DNA of 64,000 nt from an uncultured Methanomassiliicoccaceae archaeon (GCA_964544915.1 CAZJDY010000013.1:10487-74486), one strand, 5' to 3'; numbered from the stretch's first letter, positions 1 to 9,583 are shown. Program-made: numbers and translations. The notes: generated from the sequence alone by a model not told the origin.

Positions 1-147
1 TGAAGTGCCGGGAACGGTCCACGATTGGGTGCCTAGCGAACCATTGTGCTTTCTGGGACTTGTGTCGGTTATGACGGCAGACGAGGAAGCGCTAGAACGG
101 ATCGAACACTCCAGTTGCTTTTCAGGACGAGGGTGATACTCCCCACT

Positions 148-615
148 TCATTTCTCATTGCCTATTTCTTTGATGACCTGCAGTGCTTCTTGGATATGCT
201 TGGTCGGCTGGAATTGGGAAGAGAAGGTCATCCTGATCGTTCCGCTCTTGTCAATGACGAAGGTGACCCTTCCGGGGATGCCTCCCACGGAAGTAGCCCC
301 ATATAGTCGCCTTGCCTCGCCGCCGGGATCGCTCAGGAGTGTGTATGGAAGGTTCAATTCCTTGGCGAATCTACGGTGCGATTCAACAGAGTCCGAGCTG
401 ACGCCGATCACCTCGGCGCCTGCGTCCTCGAAGACCTCGTATTTGTCCCGGAACGCATATGCCTCCTCAGTGCAGCCAGGCGTGAAATCCTTTGGATAGA
501 AATACATAACAATGGCTTTCTTGCCGACCATTTCCGAGAACTTGAACATCCCGCCGTTCTGATCTTGAAGAGCGAAATCGGGCGCCTTGTCACCTACATT
601 CAGACCTTTGGTCAT
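148..615 (-). CDS. bcp: Thiol peroxidase, peroxiredoxin Bcp/PrxQ family
   Basis: 155-aa ORF. AhpC/TSA signature FYPKDFTPGCTEEA with the peroxidatic Cys. No resolving Cys five residues downstream, so 1-Cys-like. Confidence 0.9.
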   Translation of the reverse strand: MTKGLNVGDKAPDFALQDQNGGMFKFSEMVGKKAIVMYFYPKDFTPGCTEEAYAFRDKYEVFEDAGAEVIGVSSDSVESHRRFAKELNLPYTLLSDPGGEARRLYGATSVGGIPGRVTFVIDKSGTIRMTFSSQFQPTKHIQEALQVIKEIGNEK

Positions 616-776
616 GTTCGATCCTCAGTTACTTGATTGGAGCATCCGATTCATAAAGGAAACCGTGCGGCCCGACGGGACGGGTCTACGCTGTAGAGAT
701 CAAGAGGTATCATATGGTTCAGTTCAAGCCACGCGCAGGACCAGTAATCTAAGAAGAAGCTAGTTTTCGTGTCATA

Positions 777-1208
777 TCAATCCGTCTTCGCCCCTGTCTT
801 CTTCTTTTTCCTTTGAAAGTACTCTACGAGATGGTCCCAGTAATGCTCATGCCACCCTTGATCATAATCGTCTGCCTGCTCAACTGGCACCTTTGACTGG
901 ACCAGCGTGAGCTCCGTTCCCTCTTGCAGTACTCTTAGAGTGATTTCGAGCCGAGAAGGCGGGTAGTCGTCTGGCCACTCGAAGGTCGACCATTCCTGGA
1001 CTATCTTCTTTCCCCGCTTGAGCTCCAAGTTCCTGGCCGTGATGTACCCACCCCATACCGAGAATTCCCCTCCCACCTCGGAGCTGCCGCTCGCCTCGTC
1101 CCCGGTGAAAGCCGCGTGCTTCTTCGGATCCATGAACGCATCGTATACCTCCTCTGGAGATGCTGGTATGATGACCTTCTGTCGGATCGTCCTGGTCTTC
1201 CGCGCCAT
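777..1208 (-). CDS. SRPBCC / Aha1 (AHSA1) domain protein
   Basis: ORF 777..1277. Core IRQKVIIPASPEEVYDAFMDP...GGEFSVWGGYITARNLELKRGKKIVQEW is typical of AHSA1-domain proteins. I place the start at the internal ATG 1208 (MARKTRT...); 1277 is the alternative. Confidence 0.7.
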   Translation of the reverse strand: MARKTRTIRQKVIIPASPEEVYDAFMDPKKHAAFTGDEASGSSEVGGEFSVWGGYITARNLELKRGKKIVQEWSTFEWPDDYPPSRLEITLRVLQEGTELTLVQSKVPVEQADDYDQGWHEHYWDHLVEYFQRKKKKTGAKTD

Positions 1209-1435
1209 ATGAAAATCGAATTCGGACCTGCCAGTATTAGATACTTCTGTTGACGACCGAGGCATATGCAGCGACAAGCCACTTCATCGCAATGTCGTCA
1301 ATCCTATCGAATCCGGATCATATGACTCAAGCTGGTGTTCATCGGTCTTTTGCCAAATCCAATTCGCCGTTCCGTGTTAGGGACTGTCATACTTGAAATA
1401 CCACTTCGGCACTCTGTATCCCAACCCAAGGTGAT

Positions 1436-2770
1436 GTGTCTATACCTGATTTCACGATGCGTTTCGTGGACCAGATGGCAGAGAAAGTAGCCTCCGCTGT
1501 CCATTTCACAAAGGTCGAGGATGTCGATAGCGTACTACCAGGGCGCCTAGAACGCGCTGGGTTGAACATAAGGGTCCCGTTCTGCGCTTCGCGCTGCACC
1601 TACTGCGCTCTTCCCGGCGAGGTCTATAACAGAAAAGGAGCAGATCAGTTTCTCTCTGGGTTGAACAGAGAAATCGAGCTCTACTCTTCGCGTTTTCACG
1701 ATGTCAAAGTTGAGAGGATATACTTCAGCGGGGGAACCCCGTCCCTCTTGCACGGGGATATCGGAGGAATAGTCGAGTCTGTTAAGGAGCACTTCGATTT
1801 CGATGGGTCGGTCGCGATGGAAGCGGCACCCTCCGATCTAGACACTGAAGTCCTTGATTCCCTTCATTCGACCGGCGTGAACCAGCTAAGCATCGGGGTG
1901 CAGACCTTCCAAGAAAGCACGCTCACGATGTATTTGGGCAGAAAGAGCACCCGTTCCGACCTCATCTCGACTCTGGAACTTGCGGTGAGGACTGGTTTCG
2001 ACTACGTCAACATCGATCTCATGTTCTCGCTCCCTGGCCAGACAACGGAATCATTAGCGGATGACCTGGAGACCGCCGTAGCGACGGGGGTTCAAGGGAT
2101 CTCCACATATCCGCTCATGCTGCTCCCATACACTCCGCTAACATCCAAGCTGGGCAAGGGCCAGTCGAACCATTCAGGGACCTCCAAATCCGACCCATTT
2201 ATCCAGAGTCCTGTCAAGGAGAAGGAGCAATATCTTCAGATCGTCGGATTCCTTCGAGACCACGGCTACAGACTCAGAACACTCTGGAGTTTCTCGAAGG
2301 ATCCGGAGAAGTATGAGGGACCGTACGAACACAGCGATTTTGTCGGCATGGGACCGAGGGCATGGGGTATGTTGAGCAACAGGTTCACTCTGAACGTTTC
2401 TTCGACAGCAAGCTATGTGAAGAGCCTTGTGGAGGGTAGGATTCCAATACTCGCCTATTCTGAGGTGCGGGACTACCCGTTGGCGAGGTTTGCGCGAAGA
2501 CTGTACTACGGGAAGATAGACAGGGAAGAGCTCGACGTATTGAAGGCACAAGATCGTCAGCTGAGGAAGTATGTCTCGTTGATGCGTCTGCTTGGACTCA
2601 TCGTCAAAGAAGGAGAGCATTATGTGCTTTCTGATAAGGCGCTCGCATACGGCAGTCATGCGACCAAGAAGATTGCCATGACGACGCTCATGAGGATAAA
2701 TGAAGAGCTGGGATTGGCAGGTACCTTCCCCTTTGCTGACGACGGCTTCGTCAAAGTGTCACCAATCTGA
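1436..2770 (+). CDS. Radical SAM protein, HemN/HemW-like (oxygen-independent coproporphyrinogen oxidase family)
   Basis: 444-aa ORF with a GTG start. CxxxCxxC cluster motif CASRCTYCA followed by FSGGTPS. Length and layout match the HemN family. Confidence 0.8.
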   Translation: MSIPDFTMRFVDQMAEKVASAVHFTKVEDVDSVLPGRLERAGLNIRVPFCASRCTYCALPGEVYNRKGADQFLSGLNREIELYSSRFHDVKVERIYFSGGTPSLLHGDIGGIVESVKEHFDFDGSVAMEAAPSDLDTEVLDSLHSTGVNQLSIGVQTFQESTLTMYLGRKSTRSDLISTLELAVRTGFDYVNIDLMFSLPGQTTESLADDLETAVATGVQGISTYPLMLLPYTPLTSKLGKGQSNHSGTSKSDPFIQSPVKEKEQYLQIVGFLRDHGYRLRTLWSFSKDPEKYEGPYEHSDFVGMGPRAWGMLSNRFTLNVSSTASYVKSLVEGRIPILAYSEVRDYPLARFARRLYYGKIDREELDVLKAQDRQLRKYVSLMRLLGLIVKEGEHYVLSDKALAYGSHATKKIAMTTLMRINEELGLAGTFPFADDGFVKVSPI

Positions 2771-2925
2771 TCGGCCCGCGGCGTGAACCCTGATGATGGA
2801 CTCAGTTGAGAGAACGTGGTTGACATGTCAAAGAGTCGTTTCCTGATTCACAGGATTCCGCCGCAGTCGGCAGCCTCACGCTTGAGAAGAACGGTCTTAT
2901 ATCAGGCTGTTTCCTATCATGCCCT

Positions 2926-3489
2926 GTGAGACTCACTCGAAACCCTGGGTTCTACCTTCTTCTGGGTTCACTGCAGTTCTTCCTCTTGCTCATGATCGCT
3001 GAGATGCTTCGCCCTGGTTACAGCGTGTCGCTCAATTACATCAGCGACCTCGGCGTGGGCGCGGAGCCATCTCGATCGTTGTTCAACGCGACCCTCATCA
3101 TATTCGGCCTATCGGGACTCACAGCTTCGTACCTCTTCTGGAAGACCCTGGTGAGGAATGCGATGGTTGTCACGCTCGTCATATCCTCTGTCGGTACGAT
3201 CGGTGTGGGTCTTTTCCCCGAGGACACAGGCGCACCTCACGCCCTCTTCGCCCTGCTGGGTTTCTTCTTCGGCGCGGTGACGGCGATCATCTCATACAAG
3301 ATCATCAAGCCGCCATACTCGTGGTTCGGTGTCATCCTTGGATTGATGAGCATGGCATCGCTTTTCATGTTCCTCGGCGGAGCATACTTGGGCCTCGGAG
3401 CTGGAGGAATGGAACGATTTGTCCTCTATCCTTCGCTTCTTTGGTACGTCGGGTTGGGCGGTTACCTGTTAGGTCCTGAGGAGAAGTAG
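2926..3489 (+). CDS. Integral membrane protein, DUF998-like
   Basis: 187-aa ORF with about 6 hydrophobic segments. The N-terminal region ...LRPGYSVSLNYISDLG... resembles DUF998 proteins. Confidence 0.55.
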   Translation: MRLTRNPGFYLLLGSLQFFLLLMIAEMLRPGYSVSLNYISDLGVGAEPSRSLFNATLIIFGLSGLTASYLFWKTLVRNAMVVTLVISSVGTIGVGLFPEDTGAPHALFALLGFFFGAVTAIISYKIIKPPYSWFGVILGLMSMASLFMFLGGAYLGLGAGGMERFVLYPSLLWYVGLGGYLLGPEEK

Positions 3490-3734
3490 AATAGTCCCAG
3501 AGACTAACCCGGAGTGCGAACACGTCTGAGTCTGACTTGATACACTCCTGGTCAGGGATTCCGTTGGATCCCTCAGGCAGTCTCCCTGTACGCTCCATAG
3601 TTTCTTATACTGAGACCGTATGGGACTGTTCACTAAATGTGATCCGATCACTGGTGTCCTAACGTACCATATAGGGAAGTCAGGGTGGCTAGAGAAAGGC
3701 GTTGTATTTAGGCAAGTCAAATGGAGGTGAATAT

Positions 3735-3890
3735 ATGATGTACGACAGGGCACCCAGAGAGATGCACAAGGCCGTCTGCGCGGATTGCAGCAAGGAATGC
3801 GAAGTTCCTTTCAAGCCGACAGAGGGCAGACCAGTCTATTGCCGCGATTGCTTCAGCAAGCATCGCCCGGCATTCCGAAGCAGGTATTAA
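3735..3890 (+). CDS. Small zinc-ribbon protein, CxxC-x17-CxxC type
   Basis: VCADCSKECEVPFKPTEGRPVYCRDCF gives CxxC, a 17-residue spacer, then CxxC. GGAGGTG lies 5 nt upstream of ATG 3735. The ORF track extends to 3702. Confidence 0.7.
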   Translation: MMYDRAPREMHKAVCADCSKECEVPFKPTEGRPVYCRDCFSKHRPAFRSRY

Positions 3891-3918
3891 GCAACTTGTG
3901 CATGAGAATGCGCGAGTC

Positions 3919-3960
3919 GTTTTCTTTTTTTCATATTTCTCATTTTTCTCTTTCTTTGTT
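3919..3960 (+). terminator. T-rich tract, archaeal-type terminator after the zinc-ribbon gene
   Basis: cgttttctttttttcatatttctcatttttctctttctttgtt: several oligo-T runs within 70 nt of the stop codon. Confidence 0.4.
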
Positions 3961-3974
3961 GTAGGGCGTCCTTG

Positions 3975-4716
3975 AACCTTGAGCGAGTCCACATTCGTCG
4001 AGGATCCTAACATTACGCCAGGAACGGTCCAACGCCACCTTGAACGTGCTCAACCACAAACACGCGTACACCAGACACCGTCCTCGGCGTCTTTACTGGG
4101 ATAATCAATCACGCTGGTGCTTTCCAGCAACAAGTTCTATGCTTCCGATCGCATTCGAACGGTCAAGGGCCGCTATCAGCATCTTCGTGGCGAACTTCAG
4201 GCTAAAGACACCCGCTCCGCCAGGTGCAAATTGAGGCGTTTGTCGGGGAAGGAGAACCACTTTATGGCCGACGTGGACCACCAGTTAGCGAACTGGATAG
4301 CGGCACAGCCGTTCGATGCGATAGCGTTGGAGAAGCTCGGGGTTCGTAGGGAGAAGCGATTGAAAGCGAGATTCAACAAGGCGCTCGGCAACTGGGCGTT
4401 CGGTCAACTTCAGCAGTTTGTTGATTACAAGGTCGAAAGCGTCGGAAAGGCCGTGCTCTACATAGATGCACGGTATACCAATCAGAAATCTTCCAGATGC
4501 GGCACAATCGATAAGAAATCCCGCAATGGGTTGAATTACAAATGCAGCAGTTGCGGATTCGAACTCCATGCCGACCTCAATGCCGCAAGGAACATCGTCA
4601 GTCTCGGTACAGCTGAGGCTGGCAGGTTGTCTGTCAACCAGCCGAATGTAGCGAGCGTTGTTTTGGAACATTCTGAAACACCTCAGTTACAAGCCCATGA
4701 GTTTATTCGTGGGTAG
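3975..4716 (+). pseudogene. tnpB: IS200/IS605-family TnpB (OrfB) relic, N-terminally truncated and frameshifted
   Basis: The intact frame 4117..4716 encodes the C-terminal half: RuvC-II region AIALEKL, zinc finger CGTIDKKSRNGLNYKCSSCG and RuvC-III HADLNAARNI. Upstream, in another frame, VLGVFTGIINHAG replaces the expected RuvC-I motif GxDxG. No N-terminal domains and no tnpA. Confidence 0.75.
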
Positions 4717-4777
4717 TTGACTCCCGGTCTGGCAAACGCATAGCGCAAGATTGCGATTCGGATAGCGTGATTTCCAG

Positions 4778-5563
4778 CTATCCGAGAATGTCCTTCGCCT
4801 TCAACAGCGCTCTCTCAGCTTCCGTCTCCGGCAGCAACTCGTACAGGCACTCCTTGTTCTTCACAAGGTCGCTCACGAGAATGAAGTTCCTATCCAAGAG
4901 CGTCCTCTCATACGCCCTCTTCAACCCGAGCGTCGTCAGCGGGTACAGTCGGTTGTCGTCGATCAGTTTCTCAAGGCTCCCCTCCTCGGGGAACCTCCAC
5001 CCTAGCAACCTCATCCCGACGCAGCTAGCATAGCGGACGACATCCGTCGTGAACTTCGTGTTCGTCGCTAACCACGGGCCCGTGTGCGGCAGCGACTCGT
5101 TAACATCAAGATACCTCGCATAGGTGTACAGCGCCGTCTGGATGTTACACTTCATGCCCGGGGAGTTGTGGAACTTGCACTCGACCACGTACTTCTCCCC
5201 TCCCTTCTCCACTATAACGTCGATCTCGTGCGACACGCACTTCCCCTGCAGCATCTCCCTCAGCTTGACGGAATACCCCAAAGCCTGGAATAGCTTCCCG
5301 ACGAACGACTCGAAGTAGTATCCCTCCGGACCCAGGTCAAGTATCGCCTCCTTCAGCCTGAACCTGACCGCCTTCTTCCTGTCGAGCAGCTGGTGGACCT
5401 TCCGGTAAATCTCCTCGGTCGTGATGCCGTCGTAGAGCTCCCTTTTCACGCCCAGGAGGATGTCCTCTGCATCCTTTTCGGACACACCGACGCGGAAGAT
5501 CGCCCTCTCAACTTTCCCCTCGTCGAACTCTTCTCTCTCCCCAGAACGTTTCGTCACCCACAT
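4778..5563 (-). CDS. ATP-cone domain fused to an Mrr-like PD-(D/E)xK restriction endonuclease domain
   Basis: 261 aa. The N-terminus VTKRSGEREEFDEGKVERAI...ITTEEIYRKVHQLL is ATP-cone-like. The centre HEIDVIVEKGGEKYVVECKFH is a D...ExK nuclease core. Confidence 0.7.
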   Translation of the reverse strand: MWVTKRSGEREEFDEGKVERAIFRVGVSEKDAEDILLGVKRELYDGITTEEIYRKVHQLLDRKKAVRFRLKEAILDLGPEGYYFESFVGKLFQALGYSVKLREMLQGKCVSHEIDVIVEKGGEKYVVECKFHNSPGMKCNIQTALYTYARYLDVNESLPHTGPWLATNTKFTTDVVRYASCVGMRLLGWRFPEEGSLEKLIDDNRLYPLTTLGLKRAYERTLLDRNFILVSDLVKNKECLYELLPETEAERALLKAKDILG

Positions 5564-5713
5564 GATATCACGGCTAGATCCTCGCCTCGGATTGAATAAG
5601 GCTCCGGGTCCGGTATTATGCTTTTCCCTCGACCCCTCCGTCTCCCATCAAATCTGAACCTTCAAGTAGTTCATTGGCCTCTTTCCTTCGGCGATATCGG
5701 AGAGGGCGACAAG

Positions 5714-6046
5714 ATGACATCGAGGGTCAAGGTCAACATGAACGTCTGCGGCAAGCACACGACGGTCGAGGTATCGCAGAGGGACGACGGGGACTTCGAC
5801 GTGAAGGCTGAGACGGATTGCGATAACGTTAGGGAGTTCATCGACATGCTAGGGGCTCTATCCCTCGTCGACCTGACGGATAAGAAGGCGAGCAAGTTCT
5901 GGGAGTGCTTCAAGAATGCCAGGATGTCCTCCGACTGCATCAATCCGGCGGCGGTCATGCAGGCGGCGTGGATCGAGGCGGGACTTCTCTCAAAGAATCT
6001 GGCACTCATGAACAAGGACGCAAGCATCGAGTACCTGAAGGATTGA
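5714..6046 (+). CDS. Hypothetical small Cys-containing protein
   Basis: 110 aa from ATG 5714 (MTSRVKVNMNVCGKHTT...). Four Cys residues and coding-like codon usage. No family recognised. Convergent with arsA. Confidence 0.45.
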   Translation: MTSRVKVNMNVCGKHTTVEVSQRDDGDFDVKAETDCDNVREFIDMLGALSLVDLTDKKASKFWECFKNARMSSDCINPAAVMQAAWIEAGLLSKNLALMNKDASIEYLKD

Positions 6047-6141
6047 CCTTGACGGATTTGTCTTTCGGGCATCGAGGTGGTTAAGTGCTTCTGAGGCCGG
6101 AGAGGTCCGGTCCCAGCGTCGAATTGAAACCCTGTCGCACG

Positions 6142-7977
6142 TCAGGATGAATGACCGTCGAAGATTCTCCGTCCCAGTTTCTTCAGGTCATCCACGCCCG
6201 TGGGCTCGTGATCGAGCAATGGGATCAGGAACATCGGGGTCCCGAATCTCGGCTTGATCTCCGTCAGATACTTCTCCTGCTGTTCCCTCCTTCTCTCGAA
6301 GAACGGATTCCGCCCATACTCCTTCGGAAGGATGTAATTGACGCCTACCAGCGAGGTCTCGATGCCGACCTGGTTCTTCAGCTCCTGCGAGGCCCTCCAC
6401 GCCTCGATGATTGGAGTGTACTCGGGATAGACCACGAACACGAAGGTGCTTTTCTCCCGGTCCCTCATGGTCTCGATGACGTTGGCATATTTGTTCATTG
6501 TCTCGTCCGATGTCTTCTTGGTTAGCGTGCCCAGGTCGATGAAACCCTTCCAATCGGACGGCAGCTCGAGCAATCTGAGCGTATGGCCCGTGGGGGCGGT
6601 ATCGAATATCACGACCTCATAGCCTTTCATGGAGAAATAACTCATGAACTTCTCGAATGCGGACATTTCCTCGGCGCAGGGGGAGTTGAGATCCTCCTCG
6701 ACGGACTTCCTGACCTCCTCCGGCTCATCCTCGACGGACGCCATTATTCTCGCCCTGTACTCCTCAAGTGCCATTTTCTGATCTATTCTCACAGCGTCCA
6801 GGTTCTTCATTCCCTCTATCCTGGTCGGCTCGGGACCGATCTCCTGCCCGAATATCTCCTGCAGGTGGGACGCAGGGTCCGTCGTCACGATGAGCGTCCT
6901 GAGACCCTTGTCGGCCAAGTAGACGGAGGTTGTGCAGGCCAGAGTGCTCTTCCCGACACCTCCCTTGCCAGTGAAAAAGACGTACCTCGTTCCGTTCGTC
7001 GGCCTCAGGAGTTCTCTGACCTCGTCGATATCGACCGCAACGGTGGACCTCGGCGGTACCGCGGCGGCAGAACCCGAAGGGATACTCGCTCTCCTTCCCT
7101 CGAACAGATACGCACCAACAGATTCGAGAGCATCCAGGCCGTTGATCTCGGAGTCCTGCAGGGGGTATTGCATCTTGCAGACGGCGAACTCGTCGTTGAT
7201 CTCCTTCAGCATCCTGCGCTCCTCGTCCTTCTTCTTCTTGAAGAACGCATCTGTGACCGCCTCCTCAGGGAGCACGCCGTTTATCATCAACAGATTCGTC
7301 CGTATGCCCAGCTTCGAAAGCTCCTCCATGCTTCGATTCGTCTCCACGATGGACGATCTCTCCGGCTTCAGAACGAAGATGAAGGTGGTCTTGATCCCAT
7401 CCTGAAGGTATCCTATCGCCTTCTTGTACTTCATCTTCGCGCCTTGCAGCGAAGAGCTGGGGCCGATGCACGTCGAACCGCCCTTATCCAGCTCCGCGGA
7501 CCAGCCGCTGGGGAGCTCAAGAAGTCTGATGGTATGTCCCGTCGGCGCCGTGTCGAACACGACGACGTCGTATTGAGGATCGTCCATGAACTCGATGAAG
7601 CTGTCGAACGCCGCGACCTCTTCGACGCAGGGGCTCTTCAGCTGCTCCATCATCGCCCCGAGATATTTCTCGTCCAGAATCCCTCTCATAGGGGCCATCA
7701 CTCTCTCCCGGTACTGCCCAGAGGCCACGTCCGGATCGATCTCGATGGCGAACAGGTTCTGAATCCCAGCTATCGAGGTGATCTTATGGCCTATCTCCTG
7801 CCCGAATATGTCCGCGAGATTCGGCGCGGGGTCGGTGGTCACGATCAACGTCTTGTATCCCTTGCTTGCGAGCCAGACTGCGGTGGCGCAGCTCATCGTG
7901 CTCTTTCCCACTCCGCCCTTGCCGCTGAAGAATACGAACTTGGTCTCTCCCTTCTTCGGTTCTATCAGTGCGTTCAT
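6142..7977 (-). CDS. arsA: Arsenite-transporting ATPase ArsA (two homologous halves)
   Basis: 611 aa. Duplicated P-loops GKGGVGKST (x2) and signal-transduction motifs DTAPTGHT (x2). Confidence 0.93.
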   Translation of the reverse strand: MNALIEPKKGETKFVFFSGKGGVGKSTMSCATAVWLASKGYKTLIVTTDPAPNLADIFGQEIGHKITSIAGIQNLFAIEIDPDVASGQYRERVMAPMRGILDEKYLGAMMEQLKSPCVEEVAAFDSFIEFMDDPQYDVVVFDTAPTGHTIRLLELPSGWSAELDKGGSTCIGPSSSLQGAKMKYKKAIGYLQDGIKTTFIFVLKPERSSIVETNRSMEELSKLGIRTNLLMINGVLPEEAVTDAFFKKKKDEERRMLKEINDEFAVCKMQYPLQDSEINGLDALESVGAYLFEGRRASIPSGSAAAVPPRSTVAVDIDEVRELLRPTNGTRYVFFTGKGGVGKSTLACTTSVYLADKGLRTLIVTTDPASHLQEIFGQEIGPEPTRIEGMKNLDAVRIDQKMALEEYRARIMASVEDEPEEVRKSVEEDLNSPCAEEMSAFEKFMSYFSMKGYEVVIFDTAPTGHTLRLLELPSDWKGFIDLGTLTKKTSDETMNKYANVIETMRDREKSTFVFVVYPEYTPIIEAWRASQELKNQVGIETSLVGVNYILPKEYGRNPFFERRREQQEKYLTEIKPRFGTPMFLIPLLDHEPTGVDDLKKLGRRIFDGHSS

Positions 7978-8070
7978 GACAATTACCTCAACGAGCTATC
8001 GAGCACCAGGTCTCAACTCCTTTTGGGAGCAATCGAGACTCGAATCATTTCTTTCATCTCATGCCCGGTC

Positions 8071-8397
8071 TCAGCTCTTCCAGTTGGCCTCGATCGCTTC
8101 TTTCATCTCATCGTGTTTCATGTACCTCTGCTTTGAAACGATCTTTCCGTTCACCATCGTTATCGGGAGTATGTCAGGCCCGTCTTTCTTCACCAACTCC
8201 AGCACCTTAGGGGTCTCAATGAACATTCGAGCATTGGAAGACAATGATGCCCTTGTTATCTTCAGGTTCCCGAATTCCTTCTGAAGCCTCTTCAGTGATT
8301 CGTTGAGCTCTATCAGTACCTTGTCCGGCTCCGGCCCACAGATACCAGTGGAACAGCACATCGGTCCTTCGAAGACCACAAGCTCGTTCTCGACCAT
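8071..8397 (-). CDS. arsD: Arsenic metallochaperone / weak repressor ArsD
   Basis: MVENELVVFEGPMCCSTGICGPEPD contains the ArsD Cys12-Cys13-x4-Cys18 motif in a thioredoxin-like fold. The ORF track start at 8418 is the alternative. Confidence 0.88.
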   Translation of the reverse strand: MVENELVVFEGPMCCSTGICGPEPDKVLIELNESLKRLQKEFGNLKITRASLSSNARMFIETPKVLELVKKDGPDILPITMVNGKIVSKQRYMKHDEMKEAIEANWKS

Positions 8398-8577
8398 CAC
8401 GAACCTCCAGAGATCCATAGGCTGGCAGCATTCTGAGACATCGCCTTAGCGATCGCCAGGACCGATGTCGGCTCGATTCTCCCAATCGCAACCAAGAGCG
8501 GAAGCATTTCAATTATAGTTGAAGTGCATGCTCGAAACACGCTATTAAACCTTTGGGTGAGAAGCACCATCGGGACA

Positions 8578-9225
8578 TTACAGTCGCTCCTGGACCGCTT
8601 TCACGGTCGCATCGACATCCGCCGGATCGCAGTCCAACTCGTACTTCTTATTCACTCCTAGGTCGGTGACGACAACATGGATTGTGGGAGTCACCCCTGC
8701 CCTTTCGAGCGTCTTCTTTGCACAATGTGCATTGCAGCCATCGATGGCAACAACATTCTGGGCGGCCTTCGCTGAATCCACGAAGCTTCTCGTGCCGGCC
8801 CCGACGCCCGCCAAACATGCGAATTTCCCCTTGCCCATGACCGAGATCTTCTTTGCGGCCTCATTGGTCATCTGCCCCACGTTTGACCCGCCGGCACATG
8901 GATAGAGCATCGTTCCACTCGAACCACAGCCGCAACTCGATGAGGAACCTGTCAGGACAGCAATCTGTGAGACCTTGCTGAGACTCGCATTCTCCTTGAG
9001 CATATGCGTAATCTCTTCGACATCCGGAACCCTTCCCATCGAGACAAGCTCGCCGTCGATCACGAGGCCAGGCGTCACCTTGACTCCTTTCCTGATGATC
9101 ATCTCGAAGTCGTCAATCTTGACCACGTCGGCGGCGATGCCAAGTTTCTTGATGGCTTCTCTGATGTTCTCCTCGAGTCTCGTGCAATTCTCGCAACCAA
9201 GTCCGAATATCTCGATCTTTGTCAT
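8578..9225 (-). CDS. Fusion protein: thioredoxin_3-like (MTH895/TM0996 type) domain + Cys-rich DGC-type putative zinc-binding domain
   Basis: The N-terminus MTKIEIFGLGCENC...VTPGLVIDGELV is a redox-active-disulfide-protein-2-like CxxC domain. The C-terminal half carries CGCG, LYPCAGGSNVGQ and VAIDGCNAHC (DGC-domain signature). Confidence 0.7.
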   Translation of the reverse strand: MTKIEIFGLGCENCTRLEENIREAIKKLGIAADVVKIDDFEMIIRKGVKVTPGLVIDGELVSMGRVPDVEEITHMLKENASLSKVSQIAVLTGSSSSCGCGSSGTMLYPCAGGSNVGQMTNEAAKKISVMGKGKFACLAGVGAGTRSFVDSAKAAQNVVAIDGCNAHCAKKTLERAGVTPTIHVVVTDLGVNKKYELDCDPADVDATVKAVQERL

Positions 9226-9473
9226 CTCTTTCCCTTCCTAGCCCCGTACTCCTCCAAAAGAGCATCCTTGTAGTCTTGACTCGCGGCGGATGGAACGTAG
9301 TTGTAAATCCTTGCCCTCTTGAGCAGCGCTTCGCCTGTCTCAGCATCGTTTTCAAGCCCCATCCCCGAGACCTCTTCGATGATCTCGTCGAGCTGTGAGA
9401 TGCCAGTCATCTCGCCTCGGATATTCAACTGCCTTACCTTGCGGGCAGCAGAGGATGCGCAGCACGGTCTCAT
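9222..9473 (-). CDS. Hypothetical 83-aa protein with N-terminal vicinal cysteines (MRPCCASS)
   Basis: Coding-like codon usage. Its stop overlaps the ATG of the Trx-DGC gene (ATGA). No family recognised. Confidence 0.55.
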   Translation of the reverse strand: MRPCCASSAARKVRQLNIRGEMTGISQLDEIIEEVSGMGLENDAETGEALLKRARIYNYVPSAASQDYKDALLEEYGARKGKR

Positions 9474-9583
9474 GTCATTTCCATCCTTCGTGAGATCACC
9501 CTGTCCTTACTCTTCGGATGACCGGTGTTCAGGTCGGTCGCATCCTTACCGATTTCGTCTGTCATGTTTTCATGATCTCTCAT
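9470..9583 (-). CDS. Possible 37-codon sORF translationally coupled to the 83-aa ORF
   Basis: MRDHENMTDEIGKDATDLNTGHPKSKDRVISRRMEMT. Its TGA overlaps the ATG at 9473 (ATGA). It sits 56 nt after the acr3 stop. Too short to validate. Confidence 0.25.
   Translation of the reverse strand: MRDHENMTDEIGKDATDLNTGHPKSKDRVISRRMEMT

Noticed and set aside
11-21. The 11-mer GGAACGGTCCA is repeated at 11-21 and 4021-4031, possibly as transposon ends of the TnpB relic
   Set aside because: Exact 11-mer pairs are expected by chance many times in 64 kb. The flanks do not extend the match, and the spacing (4 kb containing unrelated housekeeping genes) does not fit an IS.
2783-2851. Possible box C/D sRNA: GTGAA-ccc-TGATGA...46 nt...CTGA-TTCAC just after the radical SAM gene
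   Set aside because: The terminal complementary 5-mers and the C-like and D boxes are present. However, the C box starts with C rather than a purine, the terminal stem register is off by one for a canonical K-turn, no credible D'/C' boxes exist, and the spacer lengths do not fit the 12-nt archaeal guide rule.
6583-8136. 517-aa plus-strand ORF, one of the longest ORFs in the region
   Set aside because: It lies entirely antisense to arsA, whose duplicated P-loop and DTAPTGHT motifs are unambiguous. Its translation is Arg/Leu/Gly/His-rich low complexity with no motif. This is a typical shadow ORF in GC-rich coding DNA.
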